Below, one piece after another: positions 1 through 13,327 of a DNA stretch of 64,000 bases. Position numbers and translations under genes: made by a program. The notes beneath the pieces are model-generated. The model was not told the origin of the DNA. It ran no database searches and saw only the letters and a list, made by a program, of their open reading frames with translations. Source of the DNA: Phoronis australis (taxonomy: Eukaryota > Animalia > Phoronida); the NCBI GenBank assembly GCA_002633005.1, contig NMRA01000406.1, positions 193,942-257,941 of the forward strand. The letters run 5' to 3'. Position 1 is the stretch's first letter. The number at the start of each line of letters is the position of its first letter.

Positions 1-59
1 TCTTGAGTGATGACACCAGGTGGCACTGCAGGAGGGGAGCACTTCAGATCTTCAACCAC
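1..59 (-). CDS. JAKMIP: JAKMIP-like exon (partial, runs off window): VVEDLKCSPPAVPPGVITQ...
   Basis: Minus-strand acceptor actctctccAG at 61-60; open phase-0 frame continuing from exon 441-554. No recognisable homology in this short piece. Confidence 0.6.
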   Translation of the reverse strand, partial: MVEDLKCSPPAVPPGVITQ

Positions 60-440
60 CTGGAGAGAGTGACAACAGTTTTGCAATCAATGAGCAAAAA
101 CCATCACCTTGATACAAATAGTTTCGTGATCTGACTATTGAAACTTAATGCTGTAGTTTGGAATTCTACATTCCGACAGATAACTAACTTTATTCTCAAA
201 CAAAAACACTTCTGAATGCCCAACCACCTGGGTGTAAACATGCATGGAAAGCGCAAATAGAGTGAATTAGAACATAGTGAAGCCTATAGAACAGTAATAA
301 AACATATTTAACAGTTCTAATCAAATACAGATTTCAATAGCCTAAGCAGAACAACAAAAGCAAATTCAAGTACGCTAACACACACTTTAGTTCACAAGAA
401 GTTAAGCTGCAGTAGATTTATGAAATTCTTTGAAGCTCAC

Positions 441-554
441 CTTGTCATATTTCTGCTCCAGTTCGAGACACCTGAACTCTAGCACTTCATTCTGTTCCTC
501 ACAGTCCATCAGCTCATGACGCAACTTCAGTTCAGCATCCTCCAGCGACGCAAT
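441..554 (-). CDS. JAKMIP: JAKMIP-like exon: IASLEDAELKLRHELMDCEEQNEVLEFRCLELEQKYDK
   Basis: tttcAG acceptor (556-555), GTgagc donor (440-439); 114 nt, phase 0. Resembles the JAKMIP1 segment [33 protein letters not shown] (from memory). Confidence 0.9.
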
Positions 555-3500
555 CTGAAATAACCAATAAAAGTGGTTTATTCACATTGGAAGTCTTACA
601 TTAATGATGCCCAAAGATAGGACACGTTAATTAGTCATTTGAAGTAGTACGGTACAGTTTCTTCAAATTAGAGCACACTGTGGAGGAACAGTGAAATTTT
701 GTTATCAAAATTTTCAGCAACAGGAAGAATATTTTACATGATTGTTTGAAAACTTTATATAATATCGCTGTCATTAGCAAACACACAATGAAATTTTGAA
801 TGTCTTTGGTAATGTAATGAGCATTTGAAAAATGAAAAAATGACAACTTTAGACATTGTTTTGGTTCGCATTTGAGAAAACTTTACCGTACGCCTGAATA
901 ACAATCATAACTGTGAACTATACAGTCACAGGGGTTTGCTGTAAACAGTTACTACAGATTTGGTGCAGTTAGAGCATACTGTAGACAACAAGAGCAACGC
1001 GAAGCCTTGATATGCGCCCCACTGTGTGCATCGCATACAGTGCAGATACAAGAGATGATCACTATTTTTTTCAATGGAGCATTGATAGTTAATTTAATAA
1101 CAGTCTCTAGGGAATGAAAAGCAAGTCAGCAATGCTCTCCTAAATAGGAACACGCCTGCCATTTTTCATCAGGATTCTTCAAGCAGTTTGGAGGTTAGGG
1201 AGGCAGATGTCAACGGACACAAAAACAATAGAAAAGGGGGTGCTACAAAGATCAAATCCATCTGAAACAGGACCAGTTGTTAATTTCCACATCCACCAAA
1301 GCAAGCACAGCTACAAGACGACCAAAGTAGATTTGTCCCAGAATCCATGTCAGATGTACTGCCCTTCATACCAAATTTCACGAAGATCCATGAAGGAACT
1401 TGTATTGAGACATAGGGAAAAAATAGAGGGCGCCACAGTAATAGGACCCATTCAAATGTAATCATCAGCCACACACATATGACAATTTTTACAATGGCAT
1501 TGATCTTTCGAGTGATTTGGACGATAAAGAGGCAGCTGCCAACACCAGGATGAAAAGCAATAAAAAATCACCACCCCGTAACATAAATTACAACCAATTC
1601 ATTTTTAAATAGCATGGTATTATCATCACTTTAATAAAAACCTACTGGCCATGTTTTACAAGCATCTGTCAAGAAAGTCCAAAGATATGCAGGACAACGC
1701 AAAAAACAAATTTGCTACTGGGGGTTTCAACAGTAATCGGAACTGTCTGACGGTCATGCTCATCCGGTTTCAAATTCCTAGAAATATATGAGCCGCATTT
1801 AACAAAGATCCTGACAGAGGTTTAAGGGATACAGCAGTCCCGCCATCCAAACATCACCGTCACCTTTGCTCTTCCCAGTAGAATCACATAGGTCAATTTC
1901 AAAACGAAACTTGGAGACTGGAGGTATGTTGAATTGAAACAGACTCAAAAATAACAAAAATGGGCACTAGGTGGCATACAGTATGTCGACACCATCCAAA
2001 TATTGGAAGGTGTCATCGTCTTTTTTATAAGAAAACTAATTGCCAAATTTCATGCAAATTTGTCAAGGAACTCCGAAGATACAGATGATAACATAAAAAA
2101 ATTCAATTGCACATAATGGATATCAAATCTGTCCACAAGTCATCCTCATCCATTGCCACTAGCTGTTCTTTGTTTCATCCCAGTGATGCAATATTATCCA
2201 AAAACTTACTTCATGAGTCACTGGACAAGTATGCATGTGTCTGAATGTTTAAATTGTGTTTTCTTGAGTTGCTAAAGCATTTGCTAAGCTATCTGGGTTT
2301 AATATATCTAGAATAACAAAAATCATTTCAAGGAACGCCATCGTTGGCATATCTAAAACAGCCTCTACCTCATACAACAAAATATTCACTTCACTAAGCA
2401 GATAGACAAGTACAGAATTATGCAAACAAGGAAGATAAGTAAGTACTATATTGGTGCCATATCAGACGTTGAAATACTTAAGTGTGCAAACCATTTCCTT
2501 ATACAGTATAAAACGTCACATTTTGATTAGCAGATTATACAATGACATCAAGAATACAACTGCAGTAAAATCCTCTGAAATGAGATGACATCACAAATCA
2601 CAAGGAAAACCACAGTGCACTAGCCACTGGTACAGCCTGGCCAAGCAGTCATTACACTGCCAGTTCAGATTATATTTTTTTCTACAAAAAGTAGACACCT
2701 ATAATAGTCAGTTTAGCTATTTATGTAGCCAGGAATAATGGAATGGATGAGTTTGTGACGTGGCTCAGAAACTGATGGATTTTAGAATAATTACCAAGGA
2801 AATCGTTTCTTCAAGTTTTCCCACATATGAATCCTATTCTAATTTTTTTAACTTGACTTCGTTTTAAATGTAAAATCAGTTCGAAGCTCTTTTCCTCACT
2901 TTGCAACACTAAATACAAAACGGTATAGTTTCCATAACAACATGGAGCTCAAGAAAAAAGCTTAATGAAAGGATGAGGGAAACAATTTGATACAGTTTTA
3001 AGTACTTATTGCATTGCACTACGCTAGACATTAGATATCATCTGATCATTAAGTGCAGCAGGCTACACAGGATATACCACACAGAACAACATATGGATCA
3101 CATTAGACAGAGCTTGGAATAATGAACAAGACAAAAGAGGAAAATTTGCCAGGTGATGTATCACTCCACAAATAAATTGGCATGTGTGATAGAAATGTTT
3201 TTGTGTTGTAAAATTTAAGTGAAATAAGTGTTTTTGTGCAAATGAACTCAAATAATGAAAAGAGACGAAAAAGGGGAAACTAAAAATCAAATAAAAGGAA
3301 ATCAAAGCCAAAAAAGAGGAAATCCTCTCAAAAGAAGGAAATTTTAAGTCATGATTAGACTGACAGGCACAATTTGGCGGTACTGTCCTGGCCATAAGCG
3401 ATGTTTTTAAAAACCATGCTCTAACTTTTCAATAAAGCAGTTCATGAACTAAGGTTGATTGCTTGGCCAAGGACCACGTAATTATTCACACTAGTTGATA

Positions 3501-6500
3501 CACTAAAATTTGATAACCGCGTGGGCCAATGGAGTATGATCAATTGCCAGAAATTTACACCTACATTCAAGCCGCTCAGTTCAGTATTATAAAGAGATAT
3601 TTGTGGTTTACTTAAAGCCTTGTTCAAAGTAAATACTTAATCTGAAATGTCCACAAAAACAATTAAAACCAAGATATCCTTTAATAGCATTAAAACAATT
3701 AGTCCATTCATGATAAAAAGTTATTTAATTTTATGCGAAATGTACAATGACAGTATTGATGCTTAAAGTTTCCTGTAATAATATTTACATCAACTGAAAT
3801 ACAGGAAGTAATCGAATAACACCAAAGTGTACACAGCATTAGCGTTATTGTGGTGGCTGACATCATAACAGGAGGATATAGTTACACAAAATGTGAATGC
3901 ATAATTAAGTGGGATAGAGATTACTACACCAGTAACCACCTGGCATTAATAGCTTCCTTAAAACTTAGTCATAAAAGAATGACATGCAAGCGAGACGACC
4001 CGGTTTCGCATAAAATAAAATTTAAAAAGGTAAAAAGCAATAAAACCTGTTATTAACTGGCTCCTCCTGAGAAGCGTTATGCTATTTCAGCGGTGACAAT
4101 ACCAGTAACACAAACCACGAGAAAAAAGAACGAAGAAAGCCATAAAATGCGTCCTCATGTTAACAAAACATTTCTTGGTATTGTGTATGTCCCTTGAAAT
4201 CATAATGCTTTCTAGTGTTTTTTGCGCTTAAGTACCAATTATTGTATATTTTTCATAACGTACAATACAAAACTGTTTTGATAACTTAGCTACTCAGAGA
4301 CGTTTAATGCTCTCTCACTTTCCTTCACATATGTCTGTGTCAACGGACTGTTATGTGTACATATGTTCAAATGATTTTTAACTATCACCGAGTGGTCAAC
4401 AGACACCTTTAACATACCTACATATAAGGTAACACATCTTTAGCTACCCTTATGTAGGTGTTTTCTTTAAAGTTCGCACACTCTGTTAGTTCGTACATGA
4501 CCCTGGAAACATGGCCTTTGTTCTAATAGTTCATACAGTAGAACCTGAGGGAAAAAGTTTGTACACATATTTGGGTTGGAAAAATTATTTGTACACACCT
4601 TTTGGATAGGTAAAATGGAAATTCGTATTCTTATAAAAGAACACAAATCAATAAGCGCCAATTCCATTCGGGAAATCGGAATACGTGGTTTGATATACTA
4701 CGCTAGTATAGAGCTCGAAGCCGTTTCATTGCTCATATCCATATGGCAGTGTCAACACATGTAAATCTAGTAGTTATTAAGGTCTTTGATGAATTTCTAA
4801 ATCTTTGACTCTCAGATACATGTTCAGATTACTTTATTCAAAAATACCTGCTGGATCAGCCATAAATAAAACAAATTATACTTGTTTTAAGGAAAAGGAC
4901 AAAAATGTATCTTCAAAAAATTCACCCTCAAGAACGTTATAAAATTCTGCATTGGTTTCAAAAGCGTAATTGCACAAAGCTACTTTTGCTAATTTGAATA
5001 ACTACTGTTTATTTCAATGATTCAGCACTATAAGCTTTACTAAGCAACCTTTATGATTGCTTACTTCCAATAAATGAATAGAATCAAGGCATACAGGCAA
5101 CCAAGAAAACAAACACAGCTTTTGCAACTGAAAAGTACAGTGCGATGCATGCTTGACAAAAGTTGACCTTTTTTGCTGGTGTACATGTATATTCAAAGAC
5201 AATTATGAATGGATTTGTTGTAAAGATGTATGGAGCCCCCCAAAGCTTCAAAACTGGTTGATTATTTCTGGTCGACTGGTTGCACACTTGTGTAATGTCA
5301 TGTGATGGAGGCAGTAGACCTTTGGCAACACAAAAAGCTAGGATTTTAGTCCAACTTACCTTGACGTCATGGTAATAACATGCAACTCTACAATGGGAAT
5401 TCATTCGCCAGCGGTTTCTAAAACCGCGTCCTGGTTTTCCAAATATAAGGTTAAAGACCTCGTGTGAGGTTAGACAACAAGATGACATTTCATCCCACTT
5501 TTCCGCTAAGTTTGAAAATCTGAAAGTGGCCTATTTGTATCCGATCCACCTCGCTGCTCTAATTCTATAGATGTGACTTCATTCTAAGTGCTAACAACTT
5601 CTGGAACTGACTAAGTGCATTGCATGATTAGGTCTCAACGCTACAATTTATTTACATCATCTAAAATATTGAAGTCAAAATCTGCTTATCTTAAAAACTA
5701 TCTACACCTTTCAAAATATCGAGCTTCAATATGAACTTCATACAGCAGACAAAAATAATCTTAAACTAAACATTAGTACTATACAGCTGAAAAAATGCTT
5801 TATAAGAAAAACAAGGAGTTGTTCCATTCACCAAAGTCAACTGGACCTTAGATTTATAAAAGTTATCAATTCAATACATTGGCAGGTCTGTGAATGAAAC
5901 TTCACCAATGAATGCATTTTTGTGATTAACTATATTTTCAAGGTAGATTAAAAGACCTTAATTGGGTGTCAATCAAAAATTATCAAGCTTTATCTCTGAA
6001 TAAGCATGTATAATATGTTAGTCACATTTACTATAACTCAACCACGGCCGGATATCTAAATTTAAACACTTACTCTGCACCATATAAAATAGACGAAAAT
6101 AACTCATCTTCTTCAACATATCTTTAATGAGAAATATCTAAATACGGACTAGGGGTGGACAAAACCCTTTACACAGCATTTTTGCAACAGCAAAATACAT
6201 CCAAAAACATTAATTTTTCATTAACTGTAGCCCTCCAATTGGGAGCCCCACTACAAACCAGTGTCCTGCTCTGGCTCATAAATAGCTGAGGTCACTGACA
6301 ACCTCCTTGCATTAGTAATACATGGAACACTGCGGTGGTGACATCGCGTCATCTCCGACATCAATATATGTCATCGGAATCAGGTCGTCATTAATGCTCA
6401 TATCATGAAATAAGAAAGACACAAGTCAAGTGTGAAGTCATGTTAACATGTTTTCTAGCTCATCGTTCTGAGTATTCTACGCTTGTGGAAAAAAGAATTT

Positions 6501-7024
6501 AGTACACCACCAGATATTTAGTTACAACGCAGAAATTGCAAGAAAAAACTTCTGAAGATTCAACGCACATGTTTTTTAAAAGGTACATGACAGAAGAAAG
6601 TCGAGTTATTTAAGACTGTGGTGTATAAGTAACACGTGGAATATATACCTGTTTGAACAGTGCATCTACCAGAAGGCATCAGAAGATGGAAGTTAGGAAG
6701 GATAATCTGTTGAATATCAGGTGAGTGAAAAGAGCAGGGATGACTTAACAAGATTTGAATAGATGGTTAACAATGTGATGAATTGTTAGCCAGGGTCAGG
6801 CAATCATAGCCTGGGGTGTAGTCTTACCATACAGGTAGCTATCTGGTGACCAAGGCCATTGTAGATTATATCATGGTAGACTTACAATGAAGTAGCAAAA
6901 CAGTCTAAAGAGTTACAAAATGTTATGGCCCCCATGGTGAGAAGTGGCAGATTACATGACACCCATGTTTGCACTGGTTTTTTGTTGTAACCTTACAAAG
7001 ATTGTACATCACCTCTTTGTAAAC

Positions 7025-7097
7025 GATCTCTCATAGAATTTAGATCTCTCATAGAATTTAGATCTCTCATAGAATTTAGATCTCTCATAGAATTTAG
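7025..7097. repeat. 18-bp tandem repeat x4 (GATCTCTCATAGAATTTA)
   Basis: Four perfect copies. Confidence 0.95.
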
Positions 7098-7896
7098 CGT
7101 TTGAAAAATATTTTTGATAGGATGATTATAACATCTCATGACCTTTTGACCTCTACCATCAATGTCACCCACCACCTGCTGGGTATTTACTGGTTACTGT
7201 AGATCGTAGACGAAAACTGTAAGACTCATACCCAGCACAAATAACAAATTCATCTCATCAATAACATAATAGCAGTTTGCGTGGTCAGTCAGGTCAAACG
7301 TACAGAAGCATAAAGAAATATGAAAACAAATTATCAGTTCTGCTCTATGCAAATCGTTTCACGGAAAGAAGCATTTTAATTTATGCAAATCCACCTTTTG
7401 TGTGGTTCTAGTAACACCCACTGAGGTACTTACAGTGTCTACCTGAGTACTAGTGGGGTTCACTGGACAAACAATTGAATATGTCTGAGTCTCAGTTTCA
7501 TAAACAGGGCTGGATGATTCACCAGTCTATTGTAAACTTAGACTGTAATGAAGAAAACATTTAACAATGAAAAGCTTAGCATGAACCAAACTTATAGGAG
7601 GTTCTTTTAAGAGTTAAATAGCAAATACTTTTCAATCAAAAGCAGTGAATACTTTATGGTTACAGAGCTCTTATTCAAACCAATCCCTGAAAAGATGACA
7701 ATTAAAATCCATAAACAAGCATCCCACCATAAGCAGCAGTACTTTGCTAACACTCACTGGTGTGACTGCATTTTGTATGGGTCAAGAAACTTTAAAATGG
7801 ACAGTCATTCATGACAGGACGAGGGTTGATGAACTGACCCTTCAACATCTTGTAGTTGTGTCATTCTTTAAGTACTAATATAGGAACCTCTTTAAG

Positions 7897-8130
7897 TTAA
7901 AGGTACTTGGACACATATCTGAAACACAATATGGTCGACAAGTCAAATTTTATTCTGCCAAATCTTTCCACAAAAATAATGATCAAAAAATGTTTGATCT
8001 ATTTCTAGCATGGTTTGTAGTGTGCAGATGTCATAAAACAACTTTTGGTAAATTTTCCATTTATTTGAAGTAAAGTAATCAGCTTTTGAAAAATTACATA
8101 ATTTGGAAATTACTTTTGTGCGAAATAAAA
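7897..8130. repeat. Interspersed repeat fragment, second copy at ~25,440-25,630
   Basis: Shared block tggtttgtagtgtg(c/t)agatgtc...tttggtaaa...gtaatcagc(t/c)tttgaaaa. Begins TTAA|AGG, a Kolobok-like terminus (inference). Confidence 0.6.
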
Positions 8131-9299
8131 GAAGAGTTACATTAACACCAATATTTGGCTTAACACCCCCATTCCCAATTTATACGATCAACACTTTCTT
8201 AAAAGGGCCGGTGTCCTTACAAAAGCCCATTTCTACACAGCTCCCAAAACATTGAATAACCAGCTTCAGTACCTGAACTATGCCACACTTGTTGCTGAAG
8301 AAAACAAGAAATTATTCTCCTTTTGCTAATGCACAACTGAATATTATCGTACTTGTAAGCCAAAAATTATGAAGGCATTTGTGACAGTGAATTGACTGTT
8401 AGAGTAAGCACCATTACCCTACTTGTCAAAAAATGTCTGAATAGCCATGTTAATGAACAAATCATTAGACTTTGGGAAAAGATAAGGAAAATCATCATTG
8501 AGGTAAAAATTGGGTTAAGAAATGACTGAGATGTGTAGCAAAAAGTCCAGCAATACTGGTCGAAACCTAGGTTACACATCACTAAACCAAACGAGTTTAA
8601 CAACATGAACCAATTCAATTAATGGTTATTGTGCAACCAAACGAGCAGAACAACTTAACTTGTTTAAATACAGAGCAGTGGAGAGCTGCGAGTGCTATGG
8701 TCATTGGACTTTTGACCAAGTTAAATAAACAGAGATGGCAGCACTTCAAAAAGTCATTTTTAAGTATACTATTTCTTCAACAAATGATTACCTCCATCTG
8801 GTAATAGAGGATATTCTTACTCTTAGTTAATTTCATTTTCAAAGGCCTCTAGCCCAGAAGAGATGACAATATTTTGCATGACAGGTGTATACACAGATAC
8901 TTAAAAACTCATCACTTCATTTCTAATTTCCCACGTTTTGATAAAATAAAGTTTGCCAGATTTTTCACACAATTTTCCGTATTAAAGAACATTTATACCA
9001 GTAAATAATCACTAAAAATAGATTTGTGTTTCAAGTAACTACATCTCAGATCTCAGTGCTAAAACTGGACATCGAAACAAAAAATAACTCTTTGTTTCTA
9101 CTTCTCCCTGGTTACAAACAGAACACAAACTTTGATCAAGGGGATACTATTTCTTCTGCCCAGTTCTATATTAAGTTGATGGGTTAATCATTGTTGCTCT
9201 CACTACCCATGTCTAGCTCAATGTGCAGCCTGGACAGACTGGAAATCCAAGTTAGAGATGTTAAGTTCACAGTTGGAAGCAGACAACAATGTGACGAAT

Positions 9300-9500
9300 A
9301 AATACTGTGTAATGGCAGTTACAAATGCTGTCTAACTTCAGTTATAAATGTTGTCTAACGACCGTTATAAATGCTGTATGTCAGTTATAAATGCTGTATG
9401 TCAATCATAAATGCAGTATAATGTCAGTTATAAATACTGCATAATACCACTTACAAATACTGTCTTAAGTCAGTTGTAAATGCTGCATAATGTCAGTTGC
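9300..9500. repeat. Degenerate ~20-bp tandem repeat (cagttataaatgctgt...)
   Basis: About 9 imperfect copies. Confidence 0.8.
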
Positions 9501-10568
9501 ATTAAGAGCAGCAATCAAAGTTGATATAAACCACAAAACAAACAAATTATGGTTTCCATAGCCTCCTTCACTTTTTATCAAATGCCTTTTTCAAAAATGA
9601 ATCATAACAGCATTCAAAACAGGATTGCTGGTAACATTGTGTAGGCAGATAGTTCATTGGTCTCAACATAATCATCTGGGCCATCTAGGCATCCTAATTA
9701 GACATCAAAGTAACTGTCATCTCAATAATGGACGACTTCCGTTCTGGTTATGTGCAGTGCACTTCCTCTTGAGAATGACTGCAGCACCATGTCTGCCTCT
9801 TCAATTATGAGACCAGGATGAGCATCCCAGGTGGCGCTGTCATCTACCTTACTTTATGTTGTTTTCTCATCTATGTCTTCCTGGTGGGCTCTGCTGCCTT
9901 TCCTAGCACTTAAGTCACTCTTAAGAAGACCAAGGAAGGTTGAAGTACATAGAATAAATGCCTGTGATCGTTTTAAAAAGTTGTTCCTTTTTGGTATTAT
10001 TTATGCGGGGAGAGCGGGACTAGACATGTTGAGTGGCAATATGAGAAGTTATGGCTGAAACTTAAGAGTGCTGAAAATAGTTTGACATTTAATGAGACTT
10101 GCTTGAAAGGCCTGTTACACCGCATGTTAATGATTACATAACGCTAGGTCACACCCTCTCTCAGGATTGGCTCAAGTGCTTGGTTTTAAGTGGAAGTTAA
10201 GTACTTCAATCAGGAAAATGTTGAAGTGCAAGCGCATCTAGAGCATTTCATCCTTTAGATCTAAAGTAGGTCAAGACAAGTTACAAAAAAGGATTAAAAC
10301 TTAGGGAGTGGTCCAAATTAGAAAGCATTAGTATCCGCAGAAAAGCCTCACCTAGAATTGTGAAGTGATATTGGACAGGTTAGAGGCGATAATGAAGACA
10401 ATGGGGATAAGTTTTAGTATGATAGTTTCGATGTTTATTGAATGATGATGCAATAATTCATAAAACATTTTGATACAAGTTGCAGTTAATTGCCTATCAA
10501 CCTATGCTGTCCTTCTAACAGATGTATCAGTTTGCAAGCATCAAGTAGTGTATGCTGTCATCAGCATG

Positions 10569-10569
<1 letters not shown>

Positions 10570-10612
<43 letters not shown>
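10570..10612. repeat. (CA)n microsatellite
   Basis: Perfect dinucleotide run. Confidence 0.98.
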
Positions 10613-10615
<3 letters not shown>

Positions 10616-10895
10616 CAATTTCAAAACCCATAGCCATTCCCTACGCTGATATCATGAATTCACTTTTGATTGGTTGGTTTTAATTGACTAAGAACCATCA
10701 GGACAGAAATAGTAATGCGATCTCTAATTGAATCTATAATCATATCTAACCGAAACATATTTCCAAGGTCAGGAAAATCTATCAAGTGCCCCACTCAACA
10801 TGCAAGGATAAGATCACCATCATGCTTCACTGTGTTAAGGGCAGCAGTCAGGGTTTGATTGCAGAGGCTTCATCATACATTTGTAAAGAAAGACA

Positions 10896-11358
10896 AGGCC
10901 CTTTTATACTAACTTAACTCCGGTATAAGCAGAGTGTCGATGTAAACAGTGAAACTAATTGAATCGTTTATACCAGCTTTGATAGTTAATGGCATCGAAG
11001 TAAATGGTAGGTGATGCTGTCGTCATCGAAGTAATTGCAAGGTAGCGCTGATGCATCCCGTGCACACTTTAGTTTCTTTTAATGTGACATTTTGAGAACA
11101 TTTAAGTGTGTTAATTGATGTTAAACATGTTTCTAACTCGATTGGTGAATATTCGAGAAAAATATAAGCAACTATTACAGATGACATTGCTCCTTAATTG
11201 TTGATGATAGCAGCGGCCTCTGGCAATAACTGTGACTGAAGATGACAGTTCATACCATTTACAGCGAAGTTAACTGGCACTGTTAACTTCGATCCAAGAC
11301 CGAAGTTAACCGCAACTCCCCAAAACATCAATGTGTCCACATTAGTATGAAAGGGCCT
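10896..11358. mobile_element. PIF/Harbinger-type MITE, copy 1 (more CpG-depleted)
   Basis: TIRs aggcccttttatact / agtatgaaagggcct; the interior aligns in reverse orientation to 49,311-49,814. Confidence 0.8.
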
Positions 11359-13264
11359 ACAAGCAGCAACAACCTGTTCACTTGTCTAACATAGAGTTAT
11401 GTATTATTACATAACATTACACAACCAATCTGATCTGTGAAATAGTGTCCCAACAGGTGTCCTACATGCAGTTGAATAAGTTTTTACACTAAAATGAGTC
11501 AGTTACTTTCTGACACAAATAAAAAGCCCAAATGCAAATTTGTGAAACTTGTTGAAACGAACAATACGAATCGAAACAAATTTTCCATGGAATGAAAGTA
11601 AGTCTCCTTGTAGTTAGGTTCTTAAGATTATTTCAAATCATATTATTTTACTGAACATGCACACTACGCTTTCCCTCAATCTGAAAGCACACACAGCAAG
11701 TGTCAACGACTGCAGAGATCGATTGCAGCTCAGTTTTGCGAAATATCTTTCAATTCAACTATGGAATGATTTGAAAAAGCTTTTCAGTTGACAATGTCCC
11801 TTTATTCACCAGTGCATATTTTGTCATGACAATAACAAGAGCCGAGTTCTGTAAATGTCAAATTGTATTTGCGGCAAAACTCCCCACTTATGGAACGGAA
11901 ATAGTGAATTCAATCCCACAATCCCACAATTCCATCTTGCCATTTCGCTAAGCTATAAAGCTCCCTGACAAACTTGCGAAACACTCCTTTTTCACTCGTG
12001 TCATTTTGCGAGGTTTCACAAGACTTTGTCCACTGGTGACAAACCTACCATAATACGCTGATTTCATGCCATCACTTTATTTCCTTCTCTAGCAATCTCT
12101 GGTGAAATGAATAATTGGGATTTAGACATGCATTGTGGACCTGCTCACACCCTCATCCTTTACTGCTTCCAAGCCATGGTAGGACTGAGCTGGTTACTAG
12201 GTAGGACTGAGCTGGTAAATGTTTTTCATGGCTGACTGAACACAAGCACTAACATGCCTGGGACAAACAAACTGACTGAGACAGATGACACACCAGACAA
12301 ACATTCCAAAAACGGGTAAAATATGAGACTTTACATTCCAAAAACTATGAGAATTATGGACTCACCAACCTGATCGAGGATCAAAGACAAATGCGTTATT
12401 GTCCTTTATTGGGCATTCACAGAAAACTGTGTCCAGCGGCAGATGAGAAACAGAACACCGCAGTCAACTTTTTGGCCAATCAGTAGAGAGAAACAAGCAC
12501 GAGCATGGAGCGTTGATGAACAAGGGTGGTTCTGTATAGATGCAAGACATAAGCCTCCAGTGAAAGGCAGGTGTTTCAAACCTAAGGTAATGCACCCCAG
12601 ACCTTTCCAGTGTACCCTAGGAAAATGTTTGCCACTGAAATGACTAAGGGTGGTGAGGTTGCAGTGTTAGAATATGGGACCAAATTAACCGTTTCCGTTT
12701 CATAAACGATGATTTCCCGTATACAAAAAGTAATTCAGGAGACAGCTGATAGAATCAAAATTTCATCTTTTAAGGGATAATTATCAACTTTCATGAAGCC
12801 CTTTCTCACTTCATCAAATAAATTTTCAACCCCTTAAAAGTAGATCTTATTGTCAGGGAAATCCAATTTTGTCTAAGCTTTTTATGCAACCTCAAACAAC
12901 TGAGATATCAGCTATCAAAATACTCCTTTAAAAACATCCCAAGTCGACATTTTTTCGTTGTTTGAAGGGAAGCCAACATCCAAGACACAGTTCCCTGGGC
13001 CATAGACAATAGATTAGGTATGTAAAATTTTACCGAAATAGATCCAATGCACCAAAGAGAAATTGATGTTCAAACTGGTAAAAGAGCCGAAAATCAAAAG
13101 GTGTAAAAATGGTTGATAAAGATTTACGGCATTACTGAAATCATTTGAAGGTCGTCCCTAACATCGTGATCTCATAGACACTAGGCACATAAATAATCCA
13201 TTCAAAGCGAATTGTTATGAGTAGCAATAAAAATGTAGGTACTTGTATACACAAACACACATAA

Positions 13265-13268
<4 letters not shown>

Positions 13269-13325
<57 letters not shown>
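13269..13325. repeat. (CA)n microsatellite
   Basis: Perfect dinucleotide run. Confidence 0.98.
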
Positions 13326-13327
<2 letters not shown>

